Positions 18,288 through 27,675 of a stretch of 64,000 nucleotides of DNA are shown here, piece after piece. The position numbers and the translations under genes were made by a program. Position 1 is the first letter of the stretch, and each line of letters opens with the position of its first letter. Under the pieces are notes generated by a model. It was not told where the DNA came from. It saw nothing but the letters and a program-made list of their open reading frames with translations, and ran no database searches. Where the stretch lies: IMG/VR virus record IMGVR_UViG_2932385599_000003, positions 1 through 64,000 of that record, one strand, 5' to 3'. Source of the stretch: a virus. Lineage: Duplodnaviria > Caudoviricetes.

Positions 18288-18712
18288 CGACCATCCCCCA
18301 CCCCGCCGTTCCCCCGCTCGACGACGACCTCGCCGACCGCATCGCCGACCTGCGCGGCATCCACCGCGGCATCGACCTCATCCTCGACGGCGCCCGGCAC
18401 CTGGCCCTCAGCGAGCTGACCCTCGACCAGACCCAGACCCTGCTGTCCACCATCGCCGGGAACGGCGGCGTCGACGTCCTCGACGTCCTCGCCCAGCTCG
18501 TCCGCCGCCTCACCGACCCCGCCCAGAACCCGTCCTTGCGCGCCCTCGACCCGGACGTGCAGAAGGCCGTGCAGCGGCTGGGGGAGCGGCACGCGTACGA
18601 GACCGCCGCCTACACGCCCCGCGACTGCCCCCCGGAGGCCGCCGCTCTCATCGACGGCCTCCCGCCCGCCACCCACGCCGCCATCACGCCGACCCAGGAG
18701 CACACGTCATGA
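18284..18712 (+). CDS. hypothetical protein
   Basis: GTGA coupling; typical codon usage. Confidence 0.7.
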   Translation: MTTIPHPAVPPLDDDLADRIADLRGIHRGIDLILDGARHLALSELTLDQTQTLLSTIAGNGGVDVLDVLAQLVRRLTDPAQNPSLRALDPDVQKAVQRLGERHAYETAAYTPRDCPPEAAALIDGLPPATHAAITPTQEHTS

Positions 18713-18786
18713 CGGACGAGGAGCGCAAGGCCCTGTCGGACAAGGTCCGCGACGCCAACAAGCGCAGCGAGAACCGCCCCCGCTAG
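18709..18786 (+). CDS. 25-aa small protein MTDEERKALSDKVRDANKRSENRPR
   Basis: AGGAG RBS and ATGA coupling. Confidence 0.5.
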   Translation: MTDEERKALSDKVRDANKRSENRPR

Positions 18787-18870
18787 ACCACCTTCCCCGC
18801 GGGGTCCGGCCCGGGAGCCGACACCAGGCCGGACCCCGCACCACGACCACCCACCACCAAAGGACCAGCC

Positions 18871-19173
18871 ATGCAGAACACCACCACCATCACGTGGCCC
18901 GAGGGCGTCATCGCCCGCTACCTCACCGTCGCCGGGACGGCCCTCGCCCGCGAGGACCTCGCCGTCGACGTCGAGACCCTGACCACCGTCGACCACGACG
19001 AGCCCTACGCCACCCGCAGCACCTGCCGCGGCTGCGCGACCTGGGACGAGCGGGACTACGGCCTGTACCGCAACTACCACGGCGACGCCCGGACGCGGGC
19101 CTCGCAGGACGACGCCCGCAGCTGGGCCCAGCAGCACGCCGAGACCTGCCGCGCCCTGCCCCGCCCCGCCTGA
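18871..19173 (+). CDS. mobile-element Zn-binding protein
   Basis: CRGC...ARSWAQQHAETCRALPRP; AAAGGA RBS. Confidence 0.7.
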   Translation: MQNTTTITWPEGVIARYLTVAGTALAREDLAVDVETLTTVDHDEPYATRSTCRGCATWDERDYGLYRNYHGDARTRASQDDARSWAQQHAETCRALPRPA

Positions 19174-19250
19174 CCGCACCCCGCCACCCGGCCGGGCCCG
19201 CACACCACGGGCCCGGCCCCACCCCCAACCCAACCTGAAAGGACCCCACC

Positions 19251-19805
19251 ATGAACACCACCCCCACCCCGCCCGCCCCCATCTGGACCGACGCCCTCAC
19301 CCTCGCCGCCGCCGAACTCCACCACCAGACCTGGACCGGCCACTCCGGCGAGCAGGTCACCGGCGAGCAGACCGCCAGCCACCTCGACACGGTCGCCGCC
19401 CTCCTCACCCAGCACGGCTGGGCCGCCCCCCACACCACCCCCAGCGCGAGCAGCAGCATCGACATCCCCGACGACGAGTCGATGACCGTCAAGGACATGC
19501 TCCGCACCCTCCTCCGCTTCGCCCGCCACCTCACCGAACCGGGCGACCCGCGCCTCACCTTCACCGACGCGATGTGCAAGGCCACGGCCACCAGCGACTG
19601 CGACACCCGCGACGTCGCCGGGAGGGTCCTCAACGCCATCCTCCGCGCCCGCACCGGCGCCAGGTTCCCCCACTGCCACGCCTGGGCCAGCCGGGCCGAC
19701 CGCACCTGGGACGACATCACGGGCCTCCTCGCCACCGGCGCCCACCTCGCCCGCCAGCACGGCCCCACCACCACCGACGCCCCCGCCCCCCACCTCGCCG
19801 CCTGA
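19251..19805 (+). CDS. DUF6197-like hypothetical protein
   Basis: LDTVAALLTQHGW...AWASRADRTWDDITGLL. Confidence 0.6.
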   Translation: MNTTPTPPAPIWTDALTLAAAELHHQTWTGHSGEQVTGEQTASHLDTVAALLTQHGWAAPHTTPSASSSIDIPDDESMTVKDMLRTLLRFARHLTEPGDPRLTFTDAMCKATATSDCDTRDVAGRVLNAILRARTGARFPHCHAWASRADRTWDDITGLLATGAHLARQHGPTTTDAPAPHLAA

Positions 19806-19823
19806 CCGCAGGAAGGACCCGCC

Positions 19824-20291
19824 GTGAGCCTGCCCGACCAGCACCCGACCGCCCCCGTCGGGCAGCCCACCCCGACCACCACCCCGCACCCGTACACCCC
19901 CTACACCCCGACCCACCACGACGGCCCGCTCGTCTACATCCCCCACCCCACCCACCCCAACCTGTCCACCCCCGTCCCCCGCGAGGCCGTCCCCATGACC
20001 ACCCCCACCCCGGCCCGCGACCTCACCCCCCAGCCCCTCCTCGACCCCACCGCCCAACGCATGCTCGCCGCCGGCCTCGGCGCCGGCACCGCCGCCGCCG
20101 GAATCGGCTGGGGCGCCGCCCAACTCGTCTCCGCTCTCGCAGCCGGAGCCACCGGCCTCGTCGTCCTCGCGCTCCTCCTCCTCGCCACCCACCTCACCCG
20201 CCCCCGCACCACGCACATCGAGCAGCACGTCACCAACCACGTCCGCGGCTTCGCCCGCGCCACCACCCACATCGAAAGGACACCCCGATGA
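19824..20291 (+). CDS. Spd-like membrane protein
   Basis: Pro-rich N-terminus and hydrophobic Gly/Ala hairpin, within the transfer region. Confidence 0.6.
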   Translation: MSLPDQHPTAPVGQPTPTTTPHPYTPYTPTHHDGPLVYIPHPTHPNLSTPVPREAVPMTTPTPARDLTPQPLLDPTAQRMLAAGLGAGTAAAGIGWGAAQLVSALAAGATGLVVLALLLLATHLTRPRTTHIEQHVTNHVRGFARATTHIERTPR

Positions 20292-20542
20292 CCTGCTGGT
20301 TCTGCGGCGCCGACAACCCGCCCGGCGCCAACCGGTGCGGCTTCTGCAACCACCGCGCCGACGACGGCCCCAACGCCCTGGCCCCGCTCTACGGGCCCGA
20401 CGACCACGACGCCCTCAACCACACGATGCAGCTCCTCGGCGACGACCTCGCCCTCGACCACACCCTCACCGGCGACTGGCACACCGCCCTCCGCCAGGCC
20501 GCCGCCAAGTGGGCCAACGAGGGCACCACCCTCGCCGCCTGA
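20288..20542 (+). CDS. zinc-ribbon small protein
   Basis: MTCWFCGADNPPGANRCGFC; ATGA coupling. Confidence 0.65.
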   Translation: MTCWFCGADNPPGANRCGFCNHRADDGPNALAPLYGPDDHDALNHTMQLLGDDLALDHTLTGDWHTALRQAAAKWANEGTTLAA

Positions 20543-20583
20543 CACCCACCACCCGACACCCACACGAAAGGCCACCCACCACC

Positions 20584-20799
20584 ATGACCACCCACACCAA
20601 GCAGCCCACCCACCACTGGATCATCACCCTCGAGGTCCCCGGCCGCGCCTCCATCAGCCGCGACGGCACCTGCACCCTCCGCCCCGGCGACACCCGCGCC
20701 AGCGTCCTGCAGGCCATCCGCAACACGATCACCGAGGAGCACCCCGTCTTCCGCTCCGCGAACGTCCTCTTCTTCTCCATCGCCCCCAACCAGCTCTGA
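20584..20799 (+). CDS. small hypothetical protein
   Basis: GAAAGG RBS; HHWIITLE...NVLFFSIAPNQL. Confidence 0.7.
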   Translation: MTTHTKQPTHHWIITLEVPGRASISRDGTCTLRPGDTRASVLQAIRNTITEEHPVFRSANVLFFSIAPNQL

Positions 20800-20840
20800 C
20801 CCCCACCCGCACCACCCGCCCCCCTGAAAGGACCGTCATC

Positions 20841-22169
20841 GTGACCACCGCCCCGGCCGGCACCCAGCCGCCCCACACCCCCGCCTCCGGGGAGGAGCAG
20901 CCCCACACCGCCGGGGCCACCCCCCACACCCACCACGACGACCGGCCCAACCCCCTCTACGACCCGCTCGTCACCCCCGCCCACGACGTCAAGACGTGGA
21001 TCATCCGCGGCGTCCTCATCCTCGTCATGGCCGCCGCCCTCGGCGTCGGCACCTGGTCCATCTACACCCTCCTCACCGAGGTCTTCGGCACCCCCCGCCC
21101 CATCGCCATCCTCGGCTGCGGACTCTTCGACGTCGCCGGCATCTTCTTCGCCCTCCTCGCCCAGTCCTACGCCACCACCACCGACTCCGGCCTCGCCCCC
21201 CGCCTCGCCATGCTCGCCATGGTCACCACCTCCAGCTGGGTCAACTGGAAGCACGCCCACATGGAGAACTGGGGCACCGTCGGCGGGATCATCTTCGCCG
21301 CCGCCCCCGCCATCGCCGAGCTCGCCTTCGAGATGTGGCACCGCTACGAGCACCGCGAGACACTCCGCCGCCTCGGCCGCGTCGCCGACTCCCTCCCCGT
21401 CCTCGGCAAGTGGGCATGGATCGCCCACCCCATTCGCTCCCGCAAGGCCCTCGACGCCCACATCAAGGCCGCCCTCACCGAGCAGGAAGCCGTCGCCGCC
21501 TTCCGCGAGAAGGTCGCCGGAGCGCGCGCGGCCGCCATCGTCGGTGGCGCCCCCACCACCCCCCGTAGCGCCGACGCCACACCGCTCCGCCACGACGCCA
21601 CGACCAAGCCCTCCATCACCCTGGAGCGGATTCCGCTTCCCGCCACGGAGCGCCCCCAGAGCGCCAGCACCGCCACGCCCCCCACCCGCCGTAGCGCCTC
21701 CGCCGTGGCGCCCGCTCTCGTAGCGCCCGTAGCGGACGCCACGGAACCCGCCACGCCCCCGGCCCCCGCCCGTGGCGCCACCACCGCCCAGAGCGCCACG
21801 GCCCCCCGCCACGCCACCGCCCCCGACGCCACGACAACCGCCACACCCCCGGCCGGCCCCCGCCGCAGCACCCCCGCCACAAGCGACGCCACCATGGCGC
21901 CGCCCGCCAAGACCACCACCCAGCCCAACCGCACCAGCGGCACCACCATCGGCCGGCCCGCCGCCGAACTCGCCATCCGCGCCCTGTACGACACCCTCGG
22001 CCGCCGCCCCCTGGAGTCCGAGATGGTCGCCGAGCTCAAGCGGATCGGCAGCCCCTCCCAGTCCCGCCAGTTCGCCAACAAGCTCCGCCGCGAACTGGAG
22101 GAGAAGGACCCGGCGCTCGCCGCCCGCGGAGCGGACAACGTCCGCCCCCTCACCGGCACCGACGGATGA
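20841..22169 (+). CDS. DUF2637-like (SpdB-type) four-TM spread/transfer protein with repetitive linker
   Basis: Four hydrophobic helices (aa about 55-165), Ala/Thr/Pro linker, C-terminal helical domain. Confidence 0.75.
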   Translation: MTTAPAGTQPPHTPASGEEQPHTAGATPHTHHDDRPNPLYDPLVTPAHDVKTWIIRGVLILVMAAALGVGTWSIYTLLTEVFGTPRPIAILGCGLFDVAGIFFALLAQSYATTTDSGLAPRLAMLAMVTTSSWVNWKHAHMENWGTVGGIIFAAAPAIAELAFEMWHRYEHRETLRRLGRVADSLPVLGKWAWIAHPIRSRKALDAHIKAALTEQEAVAAFREKVAGARAAAIVGGAPTTPRSADATPLRHDATTKPSITLERIPLPATERPQSASTATPPTRRSASAVAPALVAPVADATEPATPPAPARGATTAQSATAPRHATAPDATTTATPPAGPRRSTPATSDATMAPPAKTTTQPNRTSGTTIGRPAAELAIRALYDTLGRRPLESEMVAELKRIGSPSQSRQFANKLRRELEEKDPALAARGADNVRPLTGTDG

Positions 22170-22221
22170 CCCCAGCCCGGACCGCGGCCGGGCCCGCCCA
22201 CCCCACCGGGCCGGCCCGGAA

Positions 22222-22333
22222 GTCCGACTCCGACTCCGACCGCGACTCCGACCCACCGCCCCGAACCCCCCTCCCAGCAGGCACAACCCCCCGCCCCGTC
22301 CGGTCGCAGTCGCGGTCGGAGTCGCAGTCGTAC
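22222..22333. repeat. 32-bp inverted repeat built from 6-bp (C/G)CGAC(T/C) units
   Basis: 22222-22253 versus the reverse complement of 22302-22333: 29/32 identical, 48-nt spacer. Confidence 0.9.
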
Positions 22334-22360
22334 TGACCACGCCACCACCAGGAGGACCCC

Positions 22361-23950
22361 GTGGCCCGCACCGCACCCCCCGCGGCACCGCCCGCCGCGA
22401 CCACCGACCCCACCCCGCCCACCGCGTACGCGGCGCCCGCGCCCGTCCCGGCTACCGCCGCATGGCCCTCCCCGCCACTGCCCCCCACCTTCGACCCCGC
22501 GCCCGCCACCCCACACGCCGACACCAGCACCACCCCGACCAAGGCCCGCCGTCCCGCCCGCGGCGGCCTCCCCGTCGGCCCCGCCCTCGCCACCGCCGGG
22601 AACGCCACCGCCCTCACCCTCACCACCGCCCTGCACTACGCCGGCCCCATCGGCGCCGCCACGACCGGCGCCATCATGGCGGCCGGGATCGCCGCCACCA
22701 CGCTCCGGCAGCACGCCACCGCCCGACGCGCCCAGGCCACCCGCTCCGCCCGCACCGGCGCCACCAACGGCGCCACACCCACCGGCCGTGGCGGGTACCG
22801 AGGCGCCACGAAAGGCGCCACGCCACGAGCCGGGAACGCCACCACGGCGGGCAGTGGAGCGCCACGCCGTGGCGCCACGGGGCGTGGGACGCTACGCCAC
22901 GGCGCCACACCTTCCGTTTCGGGAAAGCGTGGCGCCACGAACCAGCGCCACGGCGCCACCGGCTGGACGCTCCGCCCCAACGGGAAGACCAGCCGCCACG
23001 CCCCCGCCGCCGGGACCGTGGCGCCCGGCGCCACGAAGGCGCCCCGCCCCGCCACGCCCCGCCCCGGCGCGACCACGCCTCATGGCGCCCCCCACGGTCT
23101 TCGCAACAGCAACCGTTCTGCGGTGGCGGGTCATGGGCGCCACGGCACCATCAAGGCCGCCCTCGGGCGCGCCACCCGCGCCGCCGCCACCGGCACCCGC
23201 GCCACCGGCCGACTCGCAGCCCGCGGCGGCGCCCTGGCCGCCCGAGGCGCCACCACCGCGTGGAAAGCCACCGCCCTCCTCCGCGCGGCCGCCGCCCGGC
23301 AACTCGCCCTCGCCGCCACCACCACCGCCCGCCACGCCCGCCGCGCCCCCGCCGGCCTCCTCCACGCCGCCCTCGCCACCACCGCCGGCCTCCTCACCGC
23401 CCTGTGGAAGCGCAGCCCCAGCGCCGGATACCGACGCCTCATCGACGTGTGGAAGCGCCTCCGCGCCCGCAGCGCAGCCAAAGCCAAGACCCACACCCCC
23501 GACACCCCCGGCACCGTCGCCCCACCCGTCGCCGACTCCGTGCGACAGCCCACCCACCCCACCCCCACCACACACACCGGAGGAACCCACATGACCGGCG
23601 GCCACCACTTCCTCGCCCCCGCCATGGAGATGCACCGCCTCGCCACCACCTACGAGCCCACCGGCATGCTCCAGGTCGGCGCCGACTTCGCCACCCTCCC
23701 CGAGGCCCTGCAGCTCCACGCCGACGCCATGAAGGTCACCCTCGAGAAGGCCGACGCCTACTGGCCCGTCGACCCCGCCATCGTCGACCTCCTCGGCCAG
23801 ATCCACGCCCTGCAACTGCGCGCCGCCGAGATGGCCCGCGAACTCACCCCCGCCTTCGAGCAGCTCCACGACGTCGACCTCACCCGCCTGCACAACCCCC
23901 GCAAGAGCGCCCAGGCCGAAGCCATGTGGGACGTCTCCCGCAACCTGTAA
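22361..23950 (+). CDS. TraA-like transfer accessory protein (TM region, GAT repeats, helical C-terminal domain)
   Basis: AGGAGG RBS; directly upstream of traB. An internal GGAGG-ATG at 23591 could give a separate short product. Confidence 0.6.
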   Translation: MARTAPPAAPPAATTDPTPPTAYAAPAPVPATAAWPSPPLPPTFDPAPATPHADTSTTPTKARRPARGGLPVGPALATAGNATALTLTTALHYAGPIGAATTGAIMAAGIAATTLRQHATARRAQATRSARTGATNGATPTGRGGYRGATKGATPRAGNATTAGSGAPRRGATGRGTLRHGATPSVSGKRGATNQRHGATGWTLRPNGKTSRHAPAAGTVAPGATKAPRPATPRPGATTPHGAPHGLRNSNRSAVAGHGRHGTIKAALGRATRAAATGTRATGRLAARGGALAARGATTAWKATALLRAAAARQLALAATTTARHARRAPAGLLHAALATTAGLLTALWKRSPSAGYRRLIDVWKRLRARSAAKAKTHTPDTPGTVAPPVADSVRQPTHPTPTTHTGGTHMTGGHHFLAPAMEMHRLATTYEPTGMLQVGADFATLPEALQLHADAMKVTLEKADAYWPVDPAIVDLLGQIHALQLRAAEMARELTPAFEQLHDVDLTRLHNPRKSAQAEAMWDVSRNL

Positions 23951-24033
23951 CCCCCTGCCCGGCGGCGCCCCACCACGGGGCGCCGCCGCCCCCCCCAGCC
24001 CACCTCCCAACCGCCAGAAAGGCACCCCAACCC

Positions 24034-26451
24034 GTGAAGCTCGCCCTCGACTGGGACCGCGGCCACGGCCCCGTCACCGGCCCGATCAACGCCGCCGCCG
24101 CCACCCTCACCACCAGCTGGGCCGGACACCTCCTCGACACCCCCTGGCCCACCGCCGCCGCCATCGCCGGAGCCGGCCTCATCGGCTCCCACATCGCCGG
24201 CCGCCTCCGCCACGTCACGACCACCACCCTCCACATGCGCGCCGCCGCCTGGCTCGGCATCGGCGGCTGGTCGTCCTGGGCCATCGCCCACGGCCCCTGG
24301 AGCACCTGGTCCATCGGCACCCTCCTCGGCGGCGCCATCGGCCTCGGCGCCGCCATCAACGCCGCCCACCACGCCGAAGCCCAGGCCCCCGCCAAAGCCG
24401 CCGCAGCCGAAACCGCCGCCCGCGAGGAGCAGCGCGCCGCCCAGCGCGGCGTCCTCGCCGCCGAATGGAGCGAGCGCATCGCCCGCGTCTGCGCCATCCC
24501 CGGCGTCCAGATCGTCGGCATCGAGCACTGGCAGCAGGGCGGCTACACCCTCGACGCCGAACTCCCTCCCGGCGGCGCCTCCTGGAAGGACCTCGCCCGC
24601 CGCACCGACGCCTTCGCCGCCGACGCCAAGCTCCCCGAAGGCTGCGGCGTCGAGATCGGCCCCGGCACGCACCGCGGCGCCGCGATCCTCCGCATCGCCA
24701 CCGAGAACCACCTCCAGGCCGACGTCGACTACCCCGCCGACTACACCCCCCTCACCGTCAACCAGCCCGTACCCCTCGGCGTCCGCCGCGACGGCACCGT
24801 CTACGGCCCCGTCAACCGGCAGGCATCCATGCTCCTCGTCGGACAGCGCGGCTCCGGCAAGACCAACCTCATGCACGTCATGGTCGCCAACCAGTGCCGC
24901 ATGACCGACTCCATCACCTGGATCATCGACCTCAACGGCGGCGGCCTCGCCCTGAAGTGGCTGCGCGCCTGGGCCGCCGCCGGCCGCCCCGGACGCCCCC
25001 CGGTCGACTGGGTCGCCGACACCCCCGAGAAGGCCCTCGCCATGGCCGAAGCCCTCGTCCGCATCGCCAAGGCCCGCAAGGTCGGCTACCAGGACCGCGA
25101 GATCGCCGCCGACGACGACAAGCTCCCCGTCGACCACGAGGTCCCCGAGATCCGCGTCTTCAACGACGAAGGCGCCGAGATCTTCTCCTCCCGCAACCGC
25201 ACGGACGAGGTCCTCAAGGCCGTCGCCGGCGCACTCGTCCAGACCATCGAGATCGCCCGCGCCGCCGCCGTCAACATCACCACGTCCGGGCTGCGCGGCA
25301 CCCAGGACGTCATCGCCGACCCGCAGGTCCTCAAGCAGTCCACCTTCAAGGCCGCCATGAAGGTCGCCGACGACTCCGAGCTGAACTACTTCTTCGGCTA
25401 CAACCACGGCGCCAGCGCCGAGGACGCCCCCTACCCGGGCTGCGCGCTCGTCCGCGACGGCGGCGGCCCCGCCCACCCCCTGAAGATCTACCGCATCAAG
25501 CCGTCCCAGATCGCCGACATCGCCACCACCACCGCCGACCGCCGCCCGGTCCTCGACGCCCTCTCCCGCCGCGCCGCCGGAGAGGCGTACGAGCGGCGCT
25601 GGGACAACACCGACCACCTCTTCGGCAACGGCCAGCCCCCCGCCCCGGCCGCCGCCCTCACCAGCCCGCCCGCAACCACCACGCCCGCCACGCCGCCGAC
25701 CACACGCACCACCGGCATCACCGCGAACTGGGGCAAGGTCCGCCCCGAAGGCGTCAAGGACGAGCTCGCCGCCGCCGACGAAGCCGTCCAGCGCCTCCAC
25801 GACCGGCTGCGCAACGCCCGCCGCACCGAGGATGCCGACCTCGACGCCCAGTTCATGGGCATCGTCAAGGGCGGCGGCCTCACCTGGCAGCCCCCCAAGG
25901 ACCCCGCCACCGACAACCCCGCCCCCACCCGCGACGCCCGCTACGAGACCATCTACCGCATCGTCGACGGCGCCGGCCCCGACGGCATCGGCCGCGCCGC
26001 GATCCGAGACGCCTTCACCCAGCTCCAGCCCGACACCCCTGCCCCGAACCCCGACGTCATCGGCCGCTGGCTCGACGACGACGAGCGGATCTACAAGCCG
26101 AAGTACGGCCGGTACGCCGTCCGACCCGAGCCCGCCGACGAGCCCGCCAGCACCACGGAGGAGAACACCTCCACCAGCCCCACCGCGGGCCTCCCCCGAC
26201 CGGCCGCCGCGCCCGCCGTCGAGATGGGCCTGCTGCGCGACGCAGCCGAGCTGATCATCACCACCCAGTTCGCCTCCCGCCCCATGCTCCAGCGCAAACT
26301 CCGCATCACCTGGGACACCACCGCCACCCTCATGACCCACCTTGAGCAGCACCACATCGTCGGCCCCGACCAGGGCGACCACGAACCCCGGCAGGTCCTG
26401 GCCGCCCCCGACCAGCTCCAGACCATCCTCGCCAAGCTGACCGGAGAGTAG
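24034..26451 (+). CDS. traB: FtsK/SpoIIIE-family conjugative DNA translocase TraB
   Basis: N-terminal TM helices, Walker A GQRGSGKT, Walker B IRVFNDEGAE, wHTH, and a C-terminal FtsK-gamma-like domain (AAELIITTQFASRPMLQRKLRI...LEQHHIVGP); GAAAGG RBS. Confidence 0.9.
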   Translation: MKLALDWDRGHGPVTGPINAAAATLTTSWAGHLLDTPWPTAAAIAGAGLIGSHIAGRLRHVTTTTLHMRAAAWLGIGGWSSWAIAHGPWSTWSIGTLLGGAIGLGAAINAAHHAEAQAPAKAAAAETAAREEQRAAQRGVLAAEWSERIARVCAIPGVQIVGIEHWQQGGYTLDAELPPGGASWKDLARRTDAFAADAKLPEGCGVEIGPGTHRGAAILRIATENHLQADVDYPADYTPLTVNQPVPLGVRRDGTVYGPVNRQASMLLVGQRGSGKTNLMHVMVANQCRMTDSITWIIDLNGGGLALKWLRAWAAAGRPGRPPVDWVADTPEKALAMAEALVRIAKARKVGYQDREIAADDDKLPVDHEVPEIRVFNDEGAEIFSSRNRTDEVLKAVAGALVQTIEIARAAAVNITTSGLRGTQDVIADPQVLKQSTFKAAMKVADDSELNYFFGYNHGASAEDAPYPGCALVRDGGGPAHPLKIYRIKPSQIADIATTTADRRPVLDALSRRAAGEAYERRWDNTDHLFGNGQPPAPAAALTSPPATTTPATPPTTRTTGITANWGKVRPEGVKDELAAADEAVQRLHDRLRNARRTEDADLDAQFMGIVKGGGLTWQPPKDPATDNPAPTRDARYETIYRIVDGAGPDGIGRAAIRDAFTQLQPDTPAPNPDVIGRWLDDDERIYKPKYGRYAVRPEPADEPASTTEENTSTSPTAGLPRPAAAPAVEMGLLRDAAELIITTQFASRPMLQRKLRITWDTTATLMTHLEQHHIVGPDQGDHEPRQVLAAPDQLQTILAKLTGE

Positions 26452-26795
26452 GCGCCCTGGTGCCCCTACCACCGCCCCTGGGGTACACCGCCCGCCCACC
26501 CGGCGGGCGGTCCCTCACCGTCATCCCCGACCCCCACACCACCGAGCACACCAGCCCACTGCGCCGGGCCCTGCGCGCCGCCGGCCTCCCGTCGCTGCCG
26601 CCCGACGAGGACACGGCCCGGACCCGGACCGGGGGATAGCAGCCCGGACAACCAGCCGCCCATACGCCACCATCGAAGCAGCGCGGATCGGGCCGGGATC
26701 CCAGCGTCCCCGCGCCCAGGCCCAGCCCGATCCGTACAACCCCGTAGGCCCCGCTCCCACACCCCCCGTGGAGCGGGGCCCACGCACATCCCCGC

Positions 26796-27569
26796 CTACC
26801 TGACGGGCTTCCACACCGCGCAGTTCGTCGACGTGAACTGCCCGTCCGACGCCCGGATCGTCACCGTGATCTCCTGCGCCGACGTCGCGAACTGGTTGTC
26901 GATGATCTCCCCGTCCTTCGCCGTCCGCTCCCAGTAGCAATCCTTCACCCGGCCCCTCGCCCGGTACGTGCCCGGCGGGATCGTCTCCTCTACCTCCCCC
27001 TGGCCGTCCGGCAGCGCATCCACCCCGCCCGTGACGAAGTCGTCCGGGTCCGGCGCGCCGGTCGGGCTCGGCGACACCTTCGGCTGGTCGGCCGCAACCA
27101 CGTACGTGCCATCGGTGAACCACCGCTCGTACTTCCCCGACACCGCCTGCTTCACCGCGGCCGTCCACTTCGGGCACAGCTTCGGCACCCCCGCCTGCAG
27201 CACCGCCGCCCCGTCACCGTCCAGATAGCCGCCCTCCGCGAGCCACTGCGGCCGCGAGGCCCCCTCCACCGCGCTCACCGGCAACGAGTCACACATGTCC
27301 TGCACGAACGCGGACGCACTGGCATACAGATCGTCGACCACCCAGCCCCGCTCATCGGCGAGCTTGTCGATCTCCCCCTCAGCCGTCGGCGGATACTCCG
27401 GCCCCGTCGACGGCGCCTCCACCGGCCCGTCCGGCACCTCCACGCTCTCCGGCGGGCTCGCCGACTCACTCGGCGCCGCCCCGGCTCCGCCGCCCCCACC
27501 GCACCCCGCCACCAACACAGCCACGACCATGCCGGCCGCCCACGCCCCCACCCTGCGCACACGATTCAT
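26796..27569 (-). CDS. lipoprotein
   Basis: MNRVRRVGAWAAGMVVAVLVAG-C lipobox; C-terminal PPGTYRA...CYWER...IIDN domain. Confidence 0.85.
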   Translation of the reverse strand: MNRVRRVGAWAAGMVVAVLVAGCGGGGGAGAAPSESASPPESVEVPDGPVEAPSTGPEYPPTAEGEIDKLADERGWVVDDLYASASAFVQDMCDSLPVSAVEGASRPQWLAEGGYLDGDGAAVLQAGVPKLCPKWTAAVKQAVSGKYERWFTDGTYVVAADQPKVSPSPTGAPDPDDFVTGGVDALPDGQGEVEETIPPGTYRARGRVKDCYWERTAKDGEIIDNQFATSAQEITVTIRASDGQFTSTNCAVWKPVR

Positions 27570-27634
27570 CCGTGCAGGATCGCACCGCCACCGCCCAGGG
27601 GAATCCGAAACCGTTGAATCGGGGATCATCAAAG

Positions 27635-27649
27635 CAGGCGCGGGGCCTG
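27635..27649 (+). promoter_or_regulatory. late-gene motif CAGGCGCGGGGCCTG, copy 1
   Basis: Identical 15-mer at 30455 and 32440. Confidence 0.75.
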
Positions 27650-27675
27650 ACCACACGAGCGGGAGCCCCACCGCC

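Noticed and set aside
21772-24033. N-terminal half of the 1559-aa ORF 21772..26451
   Set aside because: Arg/Pro-rich read-through overlapping two better genes; the real TraB start is GTG 24034 with an RBS.
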